Notes under the pieces: model-generated
Database searches by the model: none
What the model was told of the DNA's origin: nothing
The model's input: the letters and a program-made list of their open reading frames with translations, nothing else
Shown: piece by piece, positions 49,409-59,346 of the stretch
Layout of the letters: each line of letters opens with the position of its first letter
Position numbering within the stretch: the first letter of the stretch is position 1
Assembly: GCA_944358305.1 (NCBI GenBank)
Contig: CALVQK010000001.1
Span: 163,103-227,102, forward strand
Direction: 5' to 3'
Source of the DNA: an uncultured Bacilli bacterium
Lineage (GTDB): Bacteria; Bacillota_I; Bacilli_A; RF39; UBA660
Length of the DNA stretch: 64,000 nucleotides
Made by a program: the position numbers and the translations under genes

Positions 49409-50527
49409 ATGGCAATAATTTCAAATGTTAATGTTCCTAAAATAGACATACCTAACCGAAAAAACAATAAAGATAGTGGTGTTTCTAAAATACAATCAAA
49501 CTCTATTCAAAAAGAAAAAATGATTAATATAAATAATCAAAATGCCAATAAAGAAAGCATGGTTTTAACAAGTAATACATTTAATGATGCTAATGATGAT
49601 AATAGAGCATATGGTGGCAATCAAGCATCTTTAATTATAAGTGTTGAAGATTTTATAGATGATAATAATGTTTGGGAAATCGTTCACAAATACTATCCTG
49701 AAGCTTCAAAAGAAGATATAGAATTACTATTTAATAGAATGAACTTCGTTGGTTGTGGTTATGTAGCTGCTGTTAATACTTTATTTCAATATTTTGATAG
49801 CATTCCTAATGGTCAAAGCAAATTTGAAGAAATATTCGGGTTTTCTATGTTAGCTAATAAAGAAAATCCAAGTACAGGAGAACATTACTATGGTTACCGT
49901 TATGAATATTTATTTTTAGATTTTTTTCTATATTATGCTAAAAATGAAAGAGGCTTTGATACTATCGAAGAGGCCTACGGTAACGTAGAAGAAGAAATGG
50001 AAATCAGAAACAATGATGCAGCATTAGACGAAGAAGACTTCCAGCGAACAGGAATGGAAGGCACCTATGCTGTAGAAGCAGGAAATGTTTTTGCTAAATA
50101 CCTAGAAGAGAAAGGAATAGAACTTTCTGTTACTTCAGACACTATAACAGCCAAAGTAACATTAGAACCAGGCACTGAAGAATGGAAAAAGAGAAAAGCA
50201 GAATTAGAAGCTATCGGGATTAATATTCCTGATGATCAACCAATAACTGAAAACGAAACTGAAAAAGTAGATATTAAAGAAGCTTTAAGAGAAGGTAAAT
50301 TTGCTATAGTATCAGCTAATGACTTTACTTTATATTACCCAGAAGATATTGATGGCAATGGGAAGTTAGACGATATTTATATAGAAGATGTTGGTTCTCA
50401 TGCTATGACTATTGTTGATATTACAGATGATGGTAAATATATAGTATCAAGTTGGGGCCACAAATATATTTTAGATCCCGCTTTAGATAAACCAACAGGA
50501 ATTGCCATATATGATTATGAAAGATAA
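49409..50527 (+). CDS. hypothetical protein; possible papain-like/C39-like cysteine peptidase fold
   Basis: Low-complexity N-terminus, then a NFVGCGYVAAVNTLFQ (Cys) ... GSHAMTIVD (His) arrangement. Weak. Confidence 0.3.
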   Translation: MAIISNVNVPKIDIPNRKNNKDSGVSKIQSNSIQKEKMININNQNANKESMVLTSNTFNDANDDNRAYGGNQASLIISVEDFIDDNNVWEIVHKYYPEASKEDIELLFNRMNFVGCGYVAAVNTLFQYFDSIPNGQSKFEEIFGFSMLANKENPSTGEHYYGYRYEYLFLDFFLYYAKNERGFDTIEEAYGNVEEEMEIRNNDAALDEEDFQRTGMEGTYAVEAGNVFAKYLEEKGIELSVTSDTITAKVTLEPGTEEWKKRKAELEAIGINIPDDQPITENETEKVDIKEALREGKFAIVSANDFTLYYPEDIDGNGKLDDIYIEDVGSHAMTIVDITDDGKYIVSSWGHKYILDPALDKPTGIAIYDYER

Positions 50528-50636
50528 TTTAAGATAGGTAAATGAGTTTGACAAAAAATAAAATAACATGTATACTTATAGGCAAGAAAGGAGTGGAGTT
50601 TCAAAACCCCACTCTTTAGTTTGTAAGGAGGTAGTT

Positions 50637-50885
50637 ATGGAAGAAAAAGTAAAATCTTTAGTAGATGATAAAATTAAAGATCTAAATCTATTTGTAAGTA
50701 GTGTTTACTATTCTACTGAAGAAGGAGTAAAAACTTTAAATATTGAACTTGATAGTGATGAAGTAATTGATGTTAATAAAATAACAGAAGCAACAAAAAT
50801 AATTAATCCTATAATGGATGATAATAATTTATGTAATGATATAGATGTATTAGATATACATTCAAAAGAGAAAGGAGATAATTAA
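50637..50885 (+). CDS. rimP: RimP-like ribosome maturation factor (short form)
   Basis: Position immediately upstream of nusA and N-terminal-domain-like sequence. RBS AAGGAGG upstream of ATG 50637. The C-terminal domain appears to be missing. Confidence 0.5.
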   Translation: MEEKVKSLVDDKIKDLNLFVSSVYYSTEEGVKTLNIELDSDEVIDVNKITEATKIINPIMDDNNLCNDIDVLDIHSKEKGDN

Positions 50886-50886
50886 A

Positions 50887-52098
50887 ATGAATGGAAAAGA
50901 ATTTCTTAATGCTGTTGATTTAGTAGTTAAAGAAAAACATATTGATAAAGAAATTATTTTTGAAGCAATGAGAAACGCTTTAACTAGTGCATATAAGAAA
51001 AATGCAAAGACTAAAAATAATAATGTAAAAGTTCTAATCAATGAAAATACCGGAGATATTAAAGTATTCTCTTATTTAACAGTTGTACCAGATGATAAGA
51101 TGACTAAAGAAGAGTATGAAGATGCTTTATTTGAACGCTATGCTGAAGATGATGAACTAGATACAGAAAAACCTGAAAATGAAGAGCTAGCAGAAAAAGA
51201 AGAGAATGAAGAAGAAAAAGAAAAAATAAGTTTCTTTAATCCAGCGCTAGAAATTAAACTTAGTGATGCTAGAAAAATAGATAAAACAGTTAATATTGGA
51301 GATACTATTGATACTGAAGTAACTCCTAAAGACTTTGGTAGAGTTGCTGCCTCTACTGCTAAACAAGTAGTTATTCAAAAAATAAGAGAAGCAGAACGTA
51401 GTAGTATTACTGATGAATTTGGAGATAAACAAGATGAATTATTAGTTGGTACAGTAGCTCTTGAAGATACTGATAACTATTTTATCGATTTAGGGCGTAC
51501 TAATGGTATTTTACCTAAAAAAGATATAATTCCTGGTGAAAAAATAAAAATGGGAAGCCAAATTAAAGTTTATGTTACTAAAGTAGATAATAATGGAAGA
51601 AGCTTACTAGTTCTACTTAGTAGAAGACATTTTGGTTTCGTTAAAAGATTATTTGAAAGTGAAATTCCAGAGCTTGCTGATGGTACTGTGCTTTTATATA
51701 GCGTGGCAAGAGAAGCAGGAATTAGAAGTAAAGTAGCCGTATATTCAGAAAATCCTAAAGTAGATCCAATTGGAGCATGTATTGGTGAACGAGGAGCACG
51801 TATCGCTAATATAATTACAGAACTTAATGGCGAGAAAGTAGATATTGTAAAATATGATAATGATCCTTCTATATTTATCGCTAATGCTCTACAACCTGCT
51901 AAAGACTTAACTGTTTTAATAACAGATGTTAAGAAAAAAGAAGCTTTAGTAATCGCTGATGGAGATAATTTCTCTCTTGCAATAGGTAAGAAAGGTCTTA
52001 ATGCTAGACTTGCTACTAAACTTACTAAATATAAAATAGATATTAAAACAACAGAACAAGCTAAGGAACTTGGTATTAGTATAAAAAGTGAAGAATAG
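50887..52098 (+). CDS. nusA: transcription termination/antitermination factor NusA
   Basis: N-terminal domain with an acidic insert, S1 domain and two KH domains (GACIGERGARI). Confidence 0.9.
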   Translation: MNGKEFLNAVDLVVKEKHIDKEIIFEAMRNALTSAYKKNAKTKNNNVKVLINENTGDIKVFSYLTVVPDDKMTKEEYEDALFERYAEDDELDTEKPENEELAEKEENEEEKEKISFFNPALEIKLSDARKIDKTVNIGDTIDTEVTPKDFGRVAASTAKQVVIQKIREAERSSITDEFGDKQDELLVGTVALEDTDNYFIDLGRTNGILPKKDIIPGEKIKMGSQIKVYVTKVDNNGRSLLVLLSRRHFGFVKRLFESEIPELADGTVLLYSVAREAGIRSKVAVYSENPKVDPIGACIGERGARIANIITELNGEKVDIVKYDNDPSIFIANALQPAKDLTVLITDVKKKEALVIADGDNFSLAIGKKGLNARLATKLTKYKIDIKTTEQAKELGISIKSEE

Positions 52099-52107
52099 GA
52101 GGTACCT

Positions 52108-52371
52108 ATGAAAAAAAGAAAGATTCCTCTTAGAACATGCGTAGTTACAGGTGAAAAGTTAGATAAACGTGACTTACTTAGAATAGTAAGAGATAAAGAT
52201 TTAAATGTTAGTATTGATTTAACTGGAAAAATGAACGGTAGAGGTGCATATATTAAAAAAGACTTAAAAGTTTTAGATGAAGCTATTAAGAAAAAAAGTC
52301 TAGAAAAAAAATTAGAATGTAAAATAAGTGATGAGGTATATGATGAAATAAGAAAACTATTAGAAAATTGA
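52108..52371 (+). CDS. ylxR: YlxR/RnpM-family RNA-binding protein (DUF448)
   Basis: RTCVVTGEK...RGAYI motif. Conserved position between nusA and infB. Confidence 0.8.
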   Translation: MKKRKIPLRTCVVTGEKLDKRDLLRIVRDKDLNVSIDLTGKMNGRGAYIKKDLKVLDEAIKKKSLEKKLECKISDEVYDEIRKLLEN

Positions 52372-52384
52372 AAGAGGTGATTTT

Positions 52385-54517
52385 ATGACGATAAAAGAAT
52401 ATGCAGAAGATATTAATAAAAGTATTGAAGATGTAATTAAGCATATGGAACGTCTTGAAATGGATACAAGTGATAAGATGAGAGTATTAAGTGATGATGA
52501 AGTAATTTTATTAGATAATTCTTTTCAAGATGAAGAAGATTACGTAGATACTACGCCAGATGAAGAAATGATTAATGATTTCTCCTTAGATGAAAAAGCA
52601 GAACAAATAGCTTATGATTCAAATCTTACTAATGATAACGAGATTAAAACAAGTAAAGTAAAGAAAGTAAAAAAACAGGAGAAAGATAAAAGTAACTTTA
52701 AACAAGAAAGAAAAAATATATATAAACATAAAGAAAAACTTCAAAGTAATGAACAGTCTATTGATGAAAATGTTTTGTTATACAAAGAAGGCATGACTGT
52801 AGCTGATGTTGCTTCTGCCTTAAATGTTTCTCCAAGTGAGATTATTATGAAATTAATGGGCTTAGGTATTATGGCTACTGCTAATAATTCTCTTAATTTT
52901 GAAGATGTAGAAGTACTAGCTTTAGATTATAATAAGACTGTAAAAAAAGAAGAAACTGCCGATATTTCTAATTTTGAAAATTATGAGATAGAAGATAAGG
53001 AAGAAGACTTAGTAGAACGTCCTCCTGTCGTTACTATTATGGGACACGTTGATCATGGTAAAACTACTTTACTAGATACTATCAGAAAGAGTAATGTTGT
53101 AGACAGCGAAGCAGGAGGAATAACTCAAGAAATTGGGGCTTATCAAGTAGAATGTAATGGTAAAAAAATAACTTTTATCGATACTCCAGGCCATGAAGCT
53201 TTTACAGAGATGAGAGCAAGAGGTGCTAGTGTCACTGATATAGTTATAATCATAGTAGCAGCAGATGATGGTGTTATGCCACAAACAAAAGAAGCAATTG
53301 ATCATGCTAAAGCAGCAGGGGTTCCAATTATCGTTTGTATTAATAAAATAGATAAGCCAGGTGTCACTGATGCTAATATTGAAAAAGTTATGACTAGTTT
53401 AGTAGAAGCAGGTCTTACTCCTGAAGAGTGGGGTGGAGATACTATTGTTACTAAAATATCTGCTAAAACTGGCCAAGGTGTTGACGAATTATTAGAAAAT
53501 ATTCTTTTAATTGCTGAAATGCAAGAATTAAAAGCTAATCCTAATCGTTATGCTACAGGAGCTGTTTTAGAAAGTAAAATGGATAAACATGTAGGAGCAG
53601 TTGCAACGCTACTTATCGGAAACGGTACTTTAAGATTAGGGGACCCTCTTGTTGTAGGAACTACTTTTGGTAAAGTTAGAACCCTAAAAGATGATTTAGG
53701 AAGAAATATTGTTGAAGCACCACCTGCTATGCCAGTAGAAATTACAGGTTTATCTAGTGTTCCAAGTGCTGGTGATAAATTTATGGCTTTTGAAACTGAA
53801 AAACAAGCTAAACAAATAGCAAGTGATAGATCCCTAAGAGCTAAAGATGCTGATACAAATAGAACTGGTATGAGCCTAGAAGAATTATTTGGACAAATTA
53901 ATGAAGGCCTTAAAGAAATAAATGTTATTTTAAAAACAGATACTAACGGTAGTCTAGAAGCTGTTAAATCATCTCTAGAAAAAATAGATGTAGAAGGTGT
54001 TAAAATAAATGTTATTCGTAGTGCCGTTGGTGGTATTACGGAAAGTGATATTGTTCTAGCTGGCGCTTCTAATGCTATTATTATCGGCTTTAATGTTAGA
54101 GGCAGTAATAAAGTAGTTGATATGGCTAAAGAATACAATATTGAAATAAGACTATATGATATTATTTATAAAGTTGTAGAAGATATGGAAAAAGCTATGA
54201 AAGGTATGCTAGAACCAATCTATGAAGAAAAAGTAACAGGAACTGCCGAAATTAGACAATTATTTAAATTCTCTAAAGTTGGTATGATAGCAGGTTGTCA
54301 TGTAACATCAGGAGTAATAAAAAATAATGACAAAGCTAGAGTCGTAAGAGATGGTATAGTTATTTATAATGGAACCATTAAATCACTTCAACACGAAAAA
54401 GACCAGATTAAAGAGATTTCTAAAGACCATGATTGTGGACTAACTCTGGATAATTTCCAAGATTATAAAGAAGGAGATACTATTGAAGTATACGAGTTAG
54501 TAGAAATAGAAAGATAA
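52385..54517 (+). CDS. infB: translation initiation factor IF-2
   Basis: G domain ([25 protein letters not shown]) and the IF-2 C-terminal domains. Confidence 0.95.
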   Translation: MTIKEYAEDINKSIEDVIKHMERLEMDTSDKMRVLSDDEVILLDNSFQDEEDYVDTTPDEEMINDFSLDEKAEQIAYDSNLTNDNEIKTSKVKKVKKQEKDKSNFKQERKNIYKHKEKLQSNEQSIDENVLLYKEGMTVADVASALNVSPSEIIMKLMGLGIMATANNSLNFEDVEVLALDYNKTVKKEETADISNFENYEIEDKEEDLVERPPVVTIMGHVDHGKTTLLDTIRKSNVVDSEAGGITQEIGAYQVECNGKKITFIDTPGHEAFTEMRARGASVTDIVIIIVAADDGVMPQTKEAIDHAKAAGVPIIVCINKIDKPGVTDANIEKVMTSLVEAGLTPEEWGGDTIVTKISAKTGQGVDELLENILLIAEMQELKANPNRYATGAVLESKMDKHVGAVATLLIGNGTLRLGDPLVVGTTFGKVRTLKDDLGRNIVEAPPAMPVEITGLSSVPSAGDKFMAFETEKQAKQIASDRSLRAKDADTNRTGMSLEELFGQINEGLKEINVILKTDTNGSLEAVKSSLEKIDVEGVKINVIRSAVGGITESDIVLAGASNAIIIGFNVRGSNKVVDMAKEYNIEIRLYDIIYKVVEDMEKAMKGMLEPIYEEKVTGTAEIRQLFKFSKVGMIAGCHVTSGVIKNNDKARVVRDGIVIYNGTIKSLQHEKDQIKEISKDHDCGLTLDNFQDYKEGDTIEVYELVEIER

Positions 54518-54534
54518 AAGAAGTAGAGAAATAT

Positions 54535-55050
54535 CTACTTCTTTTTATCTTGTAAGTCTATTTTATAAACTTTTACGTTTTCTACATGATCTAGAGAATA
54601 TAATAAATTATCTTTAGGGACACTTCCTTCATATATTAAATGCCCATTATTATTAAGCGCCACCTTTTGTGAATAAATATTATCCGGAACAGTAGCAATT
54701 ACAAGACCATTTTCTAGGGCATACTTATTATTTTTAAGAGCTTCTTTTAAAAGCTTTAAAGCCATAGTAGCATATCCTTGATTCCTAAATTTCTCTTCAA
54801 TGTAGTAACTTACATTACCTCCAAAAAATAAATCATCATTACTAGAACTATGAAAACTAATAGATCCAATTATTTCTAATGATTCATTAAGGCTGATTTT
54901 TAAAGAGATAAAAGATGAAGTTAAAAGATCATCACCGAAAGATCTAGATGCTAAACTAATCTTATCATTTGCTACTATCTCATTAAACCCATCAGCACTT
55001 TTAGGATTAAAGTCAAGTCCACTATTAAAATAATCATAGAATTTAAACAT
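54535..55050 (-). CDS. GNAT-family N-acetyltransferase
   Basis: Acetyl-CoA-binding motif RNQGYATMALKLLKEA. Start probably at Met 18 of the tracked ORF (RBS AAGGAAGAGAAG), which avoids overlap with the upstream gene. Confidence 0.6.
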   Translation of the reverse strand: MFKFYDYFNSGLDFNPKSADGFNEIVANDKISLASRSFGDDLLTSSFISLKISLNESLEIIGSISFHSSSNDDLFFGGNVSYYIEEKFRNQGYATMALKLLKEALKNNKYALENGLVIATVPDNIYSQKVALNNNGHLIYEGSVPKDNLLYSLDHVENVKVYKIDLQDKKK

Positions 55051-57514
55051 TCTGAGCTTCTCTTCCTTTACAAAGAACCTTTTTATCTCTAAAATACTCA
55101 TCCTTTGAACACTCTAAACAACTTTTTGTTAAATTAATAACAGTTTCAATAGGCACATTCATAATATTAGCAACTTCTTCACTAGAGAAAAACTTACAAT
55201 CAAAATATCCAAGCCTCAAAGCTAATATTTTTTTCTCTAAATCACTACATGTACTCACATAATTTTTAAAAACAGATTGTTCTAAAGCCTTTATTCCTTT
55301 AAGAATTTTTCCTTTACTATCTTTTTCTTTAATATTTTCTAAATCCTTTTCGTTGATTTTAACACTATCTGTTTTTCTAAAATTATCCCTAATCATAAAC
55401 TCTTCTAAAAAATTAGGCCATAATGTGATATTTAAATCATTATCTTCATCAACACTATTAATAATTTTAGTTAAAGAATTTCTTTCATACTTTCTTGCAT
55501 CATCATAACTAATAGAAAGCTTTGAAGAAATTTCTCTACGAGTTTGATAAACAAGATGATTATCTTTAACTAAACAAATCTCCTGTAAATAATTAATTTC
55601 ATTATTAGAAAAAGTAATTTTAATACTAGCTTTTTCTAAATCAATATAATTACTTAAATCAGGGAAAATACTTAAAGCTTCTCGTTTTAAATTTTCATTT
55701 GTCTTTATTTTTTGAAACAACGTATAACGTAGTACTAAATAATCTAATAGACTATCAACATTTAATTTTTCTCTCATTTCTTCACTAGTTAAAGGGCTAT
55801 TCTTATGTCTATTTAGCAATTTCAAAAACTTTATTTCTAAATTAGATAACATCTCACACTCTTTTATATCATAACTAATTTTACTCTTTAGTTCCATTAC
55901 TTGCTCATACAAATTAGTATCAGCTGATATAACAGTAAATAGTTCCTTTTCATCGGCACTTTTATAATCTTCATATCCTTCATTAGTAGCAATAATCCTA
56001 CTAACTAGTTGTTTATGTCTGTGAATAAAATCTTTTAATTCTCTTTTTTTAATAGATGTATTATTCTTACTTTTAACAGGTAATAAAAGAGTAGAAGGAT
56101 CACTACAATACTTTAATGCTTCTTCTAAAATTTCCTTATCGCTAAGAATCTTATTGAACAAAGCTGTTTTTCTTATTGAATAACCTCTTTTACTTTTATA
56201 GTCAAGTCTTGAGGCCATTTCTTCATTCGATAGAGGATCACCCTTAGTTTCTTCTAATAACATTAATAATTTTATTTCTTTGTCAGTTAATAACTTTTCA
56301 TTATTTTGCTCTTTAATTTCAATTTCCCTTTTACTAACATCAAGGTTTTTATAATATGATAAAGCTTCCTCTAACAAAATAGGATTTTTTCTTAATTTAC
56401 TAAATAAATTACTTTTAAAAACTAAAAATGCTTTTTTACTGCCATAATTACCCAACTTTGCAAGTTTATCAGCATTAATATCTGTACTATCATGATATTT
56501 GTTTAATAAAATAAGCAATCTAATTTCTTTCTTTGTTAAGTACCCTCTATTCTTTAACACTTCATAATCAAAGTCAGGAATAAATTTTTTAGCTATTTTA
56601 ACTAACTCATTATTTCTAGTAAGCTTTTTAAATATTTTAATCCTTGCATCAATATAATGAAAAACATCAGCATATCCTTCTATATTAATATCATCCTTAG
56701 TAACTGCTTTGTCTTTAAATCTCCATAAAAATTTTAAACATTTCAACTCTTCATAGGCAAGTTTACTAACAGGTTCTTTGCGTTCATAACTTTTTCCTTT
56801 AGTTAACTTAAATTTAAGTTTCTCTTTTCTTTTTTGCAAATTATTCTCTAGATTAGGAAACTCTTCTAATAATTTTTTAAGATTATTACCTTTTTGAAGT
56901 TTATTAAAGGCTCTAATTAAATCTTCTTTAATAATGTCAGGAGCTTTTTTATATTTAGTAGATAATTGATTGATAGATAAAGGTTTCTCTACCGCACCAC
57001 AGAATTCTTTAATAAGCTCTAATTGATAAACTGACATAGTATTATTTTTTTCTTCAAAATATTTATCTCGCTTTTTAGAAATATTTCTATACCCTGGAAA
57101 AATCCTTTCAACTTCATTTTTATCTTTCTTAAAAGCTGTGCTAATAACATCACTAACAGTATTAACACCATAGTGAAGCATTTCAGCAATTTCCATTTTA
57201 GAAAGATATTTTCCATCTTGCATATTAAAATAAAGTGAAAGTACTTTATATTCAAAACTTGTAAATATTCCCGTATCAATTTCTTCTTTTTCTTTAATAG
57301 ATCTTTTTATCACTGCTTTAAGATGGAATAAAAAAGGTAACTTAACTTCTTCTGTACATGTATCAATCGCTTGTTTTAAATAATCATCTACCATCTCTTC
57401 ATCAAAGTCGACCTTAAGGGCCTCTAAATATTTCCTAATTTCATTTTTAAAATAATTAGTTCTTTCGCTATCGCCATTTTTTAATTTTTTTACTACTTCT
57501 AGATTTTGATTCAT
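55043..57514 (-). CDS. large protein built from at least five tandem sigma-70 region-4-like helix-turn-helix repeats
   Basis: Repeating units of about 60-65 aa with the pattern L(S/T)..E(I/L).LL.LL.......L(S/T).EE(M/I)A..L......(V/I)......(A/L)..K(I/L), e.g. YLSKMEIAEMLHYGVNTVSDVISTAFKK and LTDKEIKLLMLLEETKGDPLSNEEMASRLDY...IRKTALFNKI. Confidence 0.5.
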   Translation of the reverse strand: MNQNLEVVKKLKNGDSERTNYFKNEIRKYLEALKVDFDEEMVDDYLKQAIDTCTEEVKLPFLFHLKAVIKRSIKEKEEIDTGIFTSFEYKVLSLYFNMQDGKYLSKMEIAEMLHYGVNTVSDVISTAFKKDKNEVERIFPGYRNISKKRDKYFEEKNNTMSVYQLELIKEFCGAVEKPLSINQLSTKYKKAPDIIKEDLIRAFNKLQKGNNLKKLLEEFPNLENNLQKRKEKLKFKLTKGKSYERKEPVSKLAYEELKCLKFLWRFKDKAVTKDDINIEGYADVFHYIDARIKIFKKLTRNNELVKIAKKFIPDFDYEVLKNRGYLTKKEIRLLILLNKYHDSTDINADKLAKLGNYGSKKAFLVFKSNLFSKLRKNPILLEEALSYYKNLDVSKREIEIKEQNNEKLLTDKEIKLLMLLEETKGDPLSNEEMASRLDYKSKRGYSIRKTALFNKILSDKEILEEALKYCSDPSTLLLPVKSKNNTSIKKRELKDFIHRHKQLVSRIIATNEGYEDYKSADEKELFTVISADTNLYEQVMELKSKISYDIKECEMLSNLEIKFLKLLNRHKNSPLTSEEMREKLNVDSLLDYLVLRYTLFQKIKTNENLKREALSIFPDLSNYIDLEKASIKITFSNNEINYLQEICLVKDNHLVYQTRREISSKLSISYDDARKYERNSLTKIINSVDEDNDLNITLWPNFLEEFMIRDNFRKTDSVKINEKDLENIKEKDSKGKILKGIKALEQSVFKNYVSTCSDLEKKILALRLGYFDCKFFSSEEVANIMNVPIETVINLTKSCLECSKDEYFRDKKVLCKGREAQNV

Positions 57515-57596
57515 AAGTATCCCCCTAACTAAGACAATTATATCTAAAAAGTTAAAAATATGCTATAATTATTTAAAGAAAGGACGAGAAAATATT

Positions 57597-57947
57597 ATGA
57601 ATATAAAAATTGAAAGAATTAATCACATGATTAGAGAAGAAATAAGTAAAATTTTAATGTTGGAAGTTAAAGATGAAAATATAAAATTCGTAACTGTTAC
57701 TGATTGTGATACATCAAATGATTTAAGTTATTGCAAAGTATATGTAACAGTCTTAGATAGTGAAAAAAAAGAGGAAACTTTAAAAGCTTTAAATAATGCT
57801 AGTAGTTTTATAAGAGGAGAGCTTGCTAAGAGAATTGAGATAAGAAATATTCCTGAACTTAAATTTTTCTATGATGAGTCTATTTCTTATGGAGAAAAGA
57901 TTGATAAGATTATAGATAAAATAAATGAGGAAGATAATGAACTATAA
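57597..57947 (+). CDS. rbfA: ribosome-binding factor A
   Basis: N-terminus ...RINHMIREEISKIL... and KH-like fold length. Conserved position after infB. Confidence 0.85.
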   Translation: MNIKIERINHMIREEISKILMLEVKDENIKFVTVTDCDTSNDLSYCKVYVTVLDSEKKEETLKALNNASSFIRGELAKRIEIRNIPELKFFYDESISYGEKIDKIIDKINEEDNEL

Positions 57948-59346
57948 GATTATCGTTAATAAAGAAAAATTATATAACAAAAAAGATTTTTCAAATATTG
58001 AATTCAAAAAAATAGTTAGTACCCTAAATGAAGAATATTTACTTGAAAAAAGAACTTTAAAAGCCTATCTTGATTTAAAAAGAGATTTAGAAAAAGAAAA
58101 TATTTTTATAGATATTGCAAGTGGTTACAGAAGTGTAGAAGAACAAATTGATCTAATAGAAGAGTTTACTAACACTTATGGTAGTGATTATACAGAAAAG
58201 TATGTCGCTAAGCCTAAAACCAGTGAACATCATACAGGCCTTGCTTTTGATGTTGATCTAGTTATTGATAATAAAGTTGTTTATGATAATAATATATTAT
58301 TTGAACAAGTTGAAACTTGGGAAAAGATAATTAGTATTTTACCTAACTATGGACTAATACTAAGATACCCCAAAGGAAAAGAAAAAATCACAGGTTATAA
58401 TTATGAACCATGGCATTATCGTTATGTTGGTAAAAGTACTGCTAAAATAATAATGGAAAATAACTTAACTTTAGAAGAGTATGATAAATTATATAATAAA
58501 TCAGGAATTCTTTTAGTTAACAAGCCTAAAGGCATTACTTCAAGAGATGTCGTTAATAAAATAGAAAGAATATTTGATACTAAAAAAGTAGGACATAACG
58601 GCACTCTTGATCCTTTAGCAGAAGGATTACTTGTAATTACTATTAATAGGTCGACTAAAGTAAATGAATTATTAACAAGTACCGAAAAAGAGTATATTGC
58701 TGAAGTTAAAATAGGAATAGAAACAGATACTTTAGATTTAGAAGGCAAAGTAGAAAAAACTAGTGATAAAAAGATAACTAAAGATATGTTAGATAATCTT
58801 TTTACAAACCTTAAAAGAGAATATCTTCAAGAAGTTCCTAAATATTCAGCAATTAAAGTTAGTGGTAAAAAATTATATGAATATGCTAGGAATAATGAGA
58901 TGGTAGAGCTACCAAAAAGAAAAGTTATTATAAAAGAACTAGAATTATTAGATTATAAAGAAGATAGTTTTAAATTTAGATGTCTTGTATCTAAAGGAAC
59001 ATACATTAGAAGCCTTATTAAAGATATGGGAGATTTTTTAGATATTCCTTGTACTATGAAAAGTCTTCTAAGAACAAAGCAAGGAAAGTTTTCCCTAAAA
59101 GATGCTTTAGATTTAGAAGAAGTTAATATAAATAGTAACTTAATTAGTATTAGTAATGCTTTAGATATAGATAAAAAGGAAATAGAAGCTAGAGATTATA
59201 AAAAAATAATAAATGGCGCTTCTATAAATAACACATACAATATTAAAAACGAAGTATTATTTATTAAAAACAATAAAGAGATAGCCATTTATAAAAATAT
59301 TAATAGTAAATTAATTTGTTATAAAATGATAAATGAGACTAATTAA
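57925..59346 (+). CDS. truB: in-frame fusion: VanY-like M15 D-Ala-D-Ala carboxypeptidase domain + tRNA pseudouridine(55) synthase TruB
   Basis: The N-terminal ~180 aa carry SGYRSVEEQ, SEHHTGLAFDVD and EPWHYRYVG...LTLEEY (VanY/M15B signatures). They continue without a stop into TruB (GILLVNKPKGITSRDVV...VGHNGTLDPLAEGLL...KVSGKKLYEYAR). Confidence 0.65.
   Translation: MRKIMNYKIIVNKEKLYNKKDFSNIEFKKIVSTLNEEYLLEKRTLKAYLDLKRDLEKENIFIDIASGYRSVEEQIDLIEEFTNTYGSDYTEKYVAKPKTSEHHTGLAFDVDLVIDNKVVYDNNILFEQVETWEKIISILPNYGLILRYPKGKEKITGYNYEPWHYRYVGKSTAKIIMENNLTLEEYDKLYNKSGILLVNKPKGITSRDVVNKIERIFDTKKVGHNGTLDPLAEGLLVITINRSTKVNELLTSTEKEYIAEVKIGIETDTLDLEGKVEKTSDKKITKDMLDNLFTNLKREYLQEVPKYSAIKVSGKKLYEYARNNEMVELPKRKVIIKELELLDYKEDSFKFRCLVSKGTYIRSLIKDMGDFLDIPCTMKSLLRTKQGKFSLKDALDLEEVNINSNLISISNALDIDKKEIEARDYKKIINGASINNTYNIKNEVLFIKNNKEIAIYKNINSKLICYKMINETN

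Noticed and set aside
53072-54138. Minus-strand ORFs within infB (53072-53305, 53548-54138) and other embedded antisense ORFs (8802-9017, 12680-12865, 17352-17582, 18065-18262, 20839-21057, 21103-21294, 26681-26872, 28463-28660, 32943-33134, 36402-36605, 38250-38549, 38973-39182, 47160-47342, 49177-49359, 51247-51432, 57019-57279, 58422-58748, 59973-60164, 63552-63767)
   Set aside because: All are antisense to strongly supported conserved genes, have no RBS, and have biased or low-complexity translations typical of AT-rich antisense frames.
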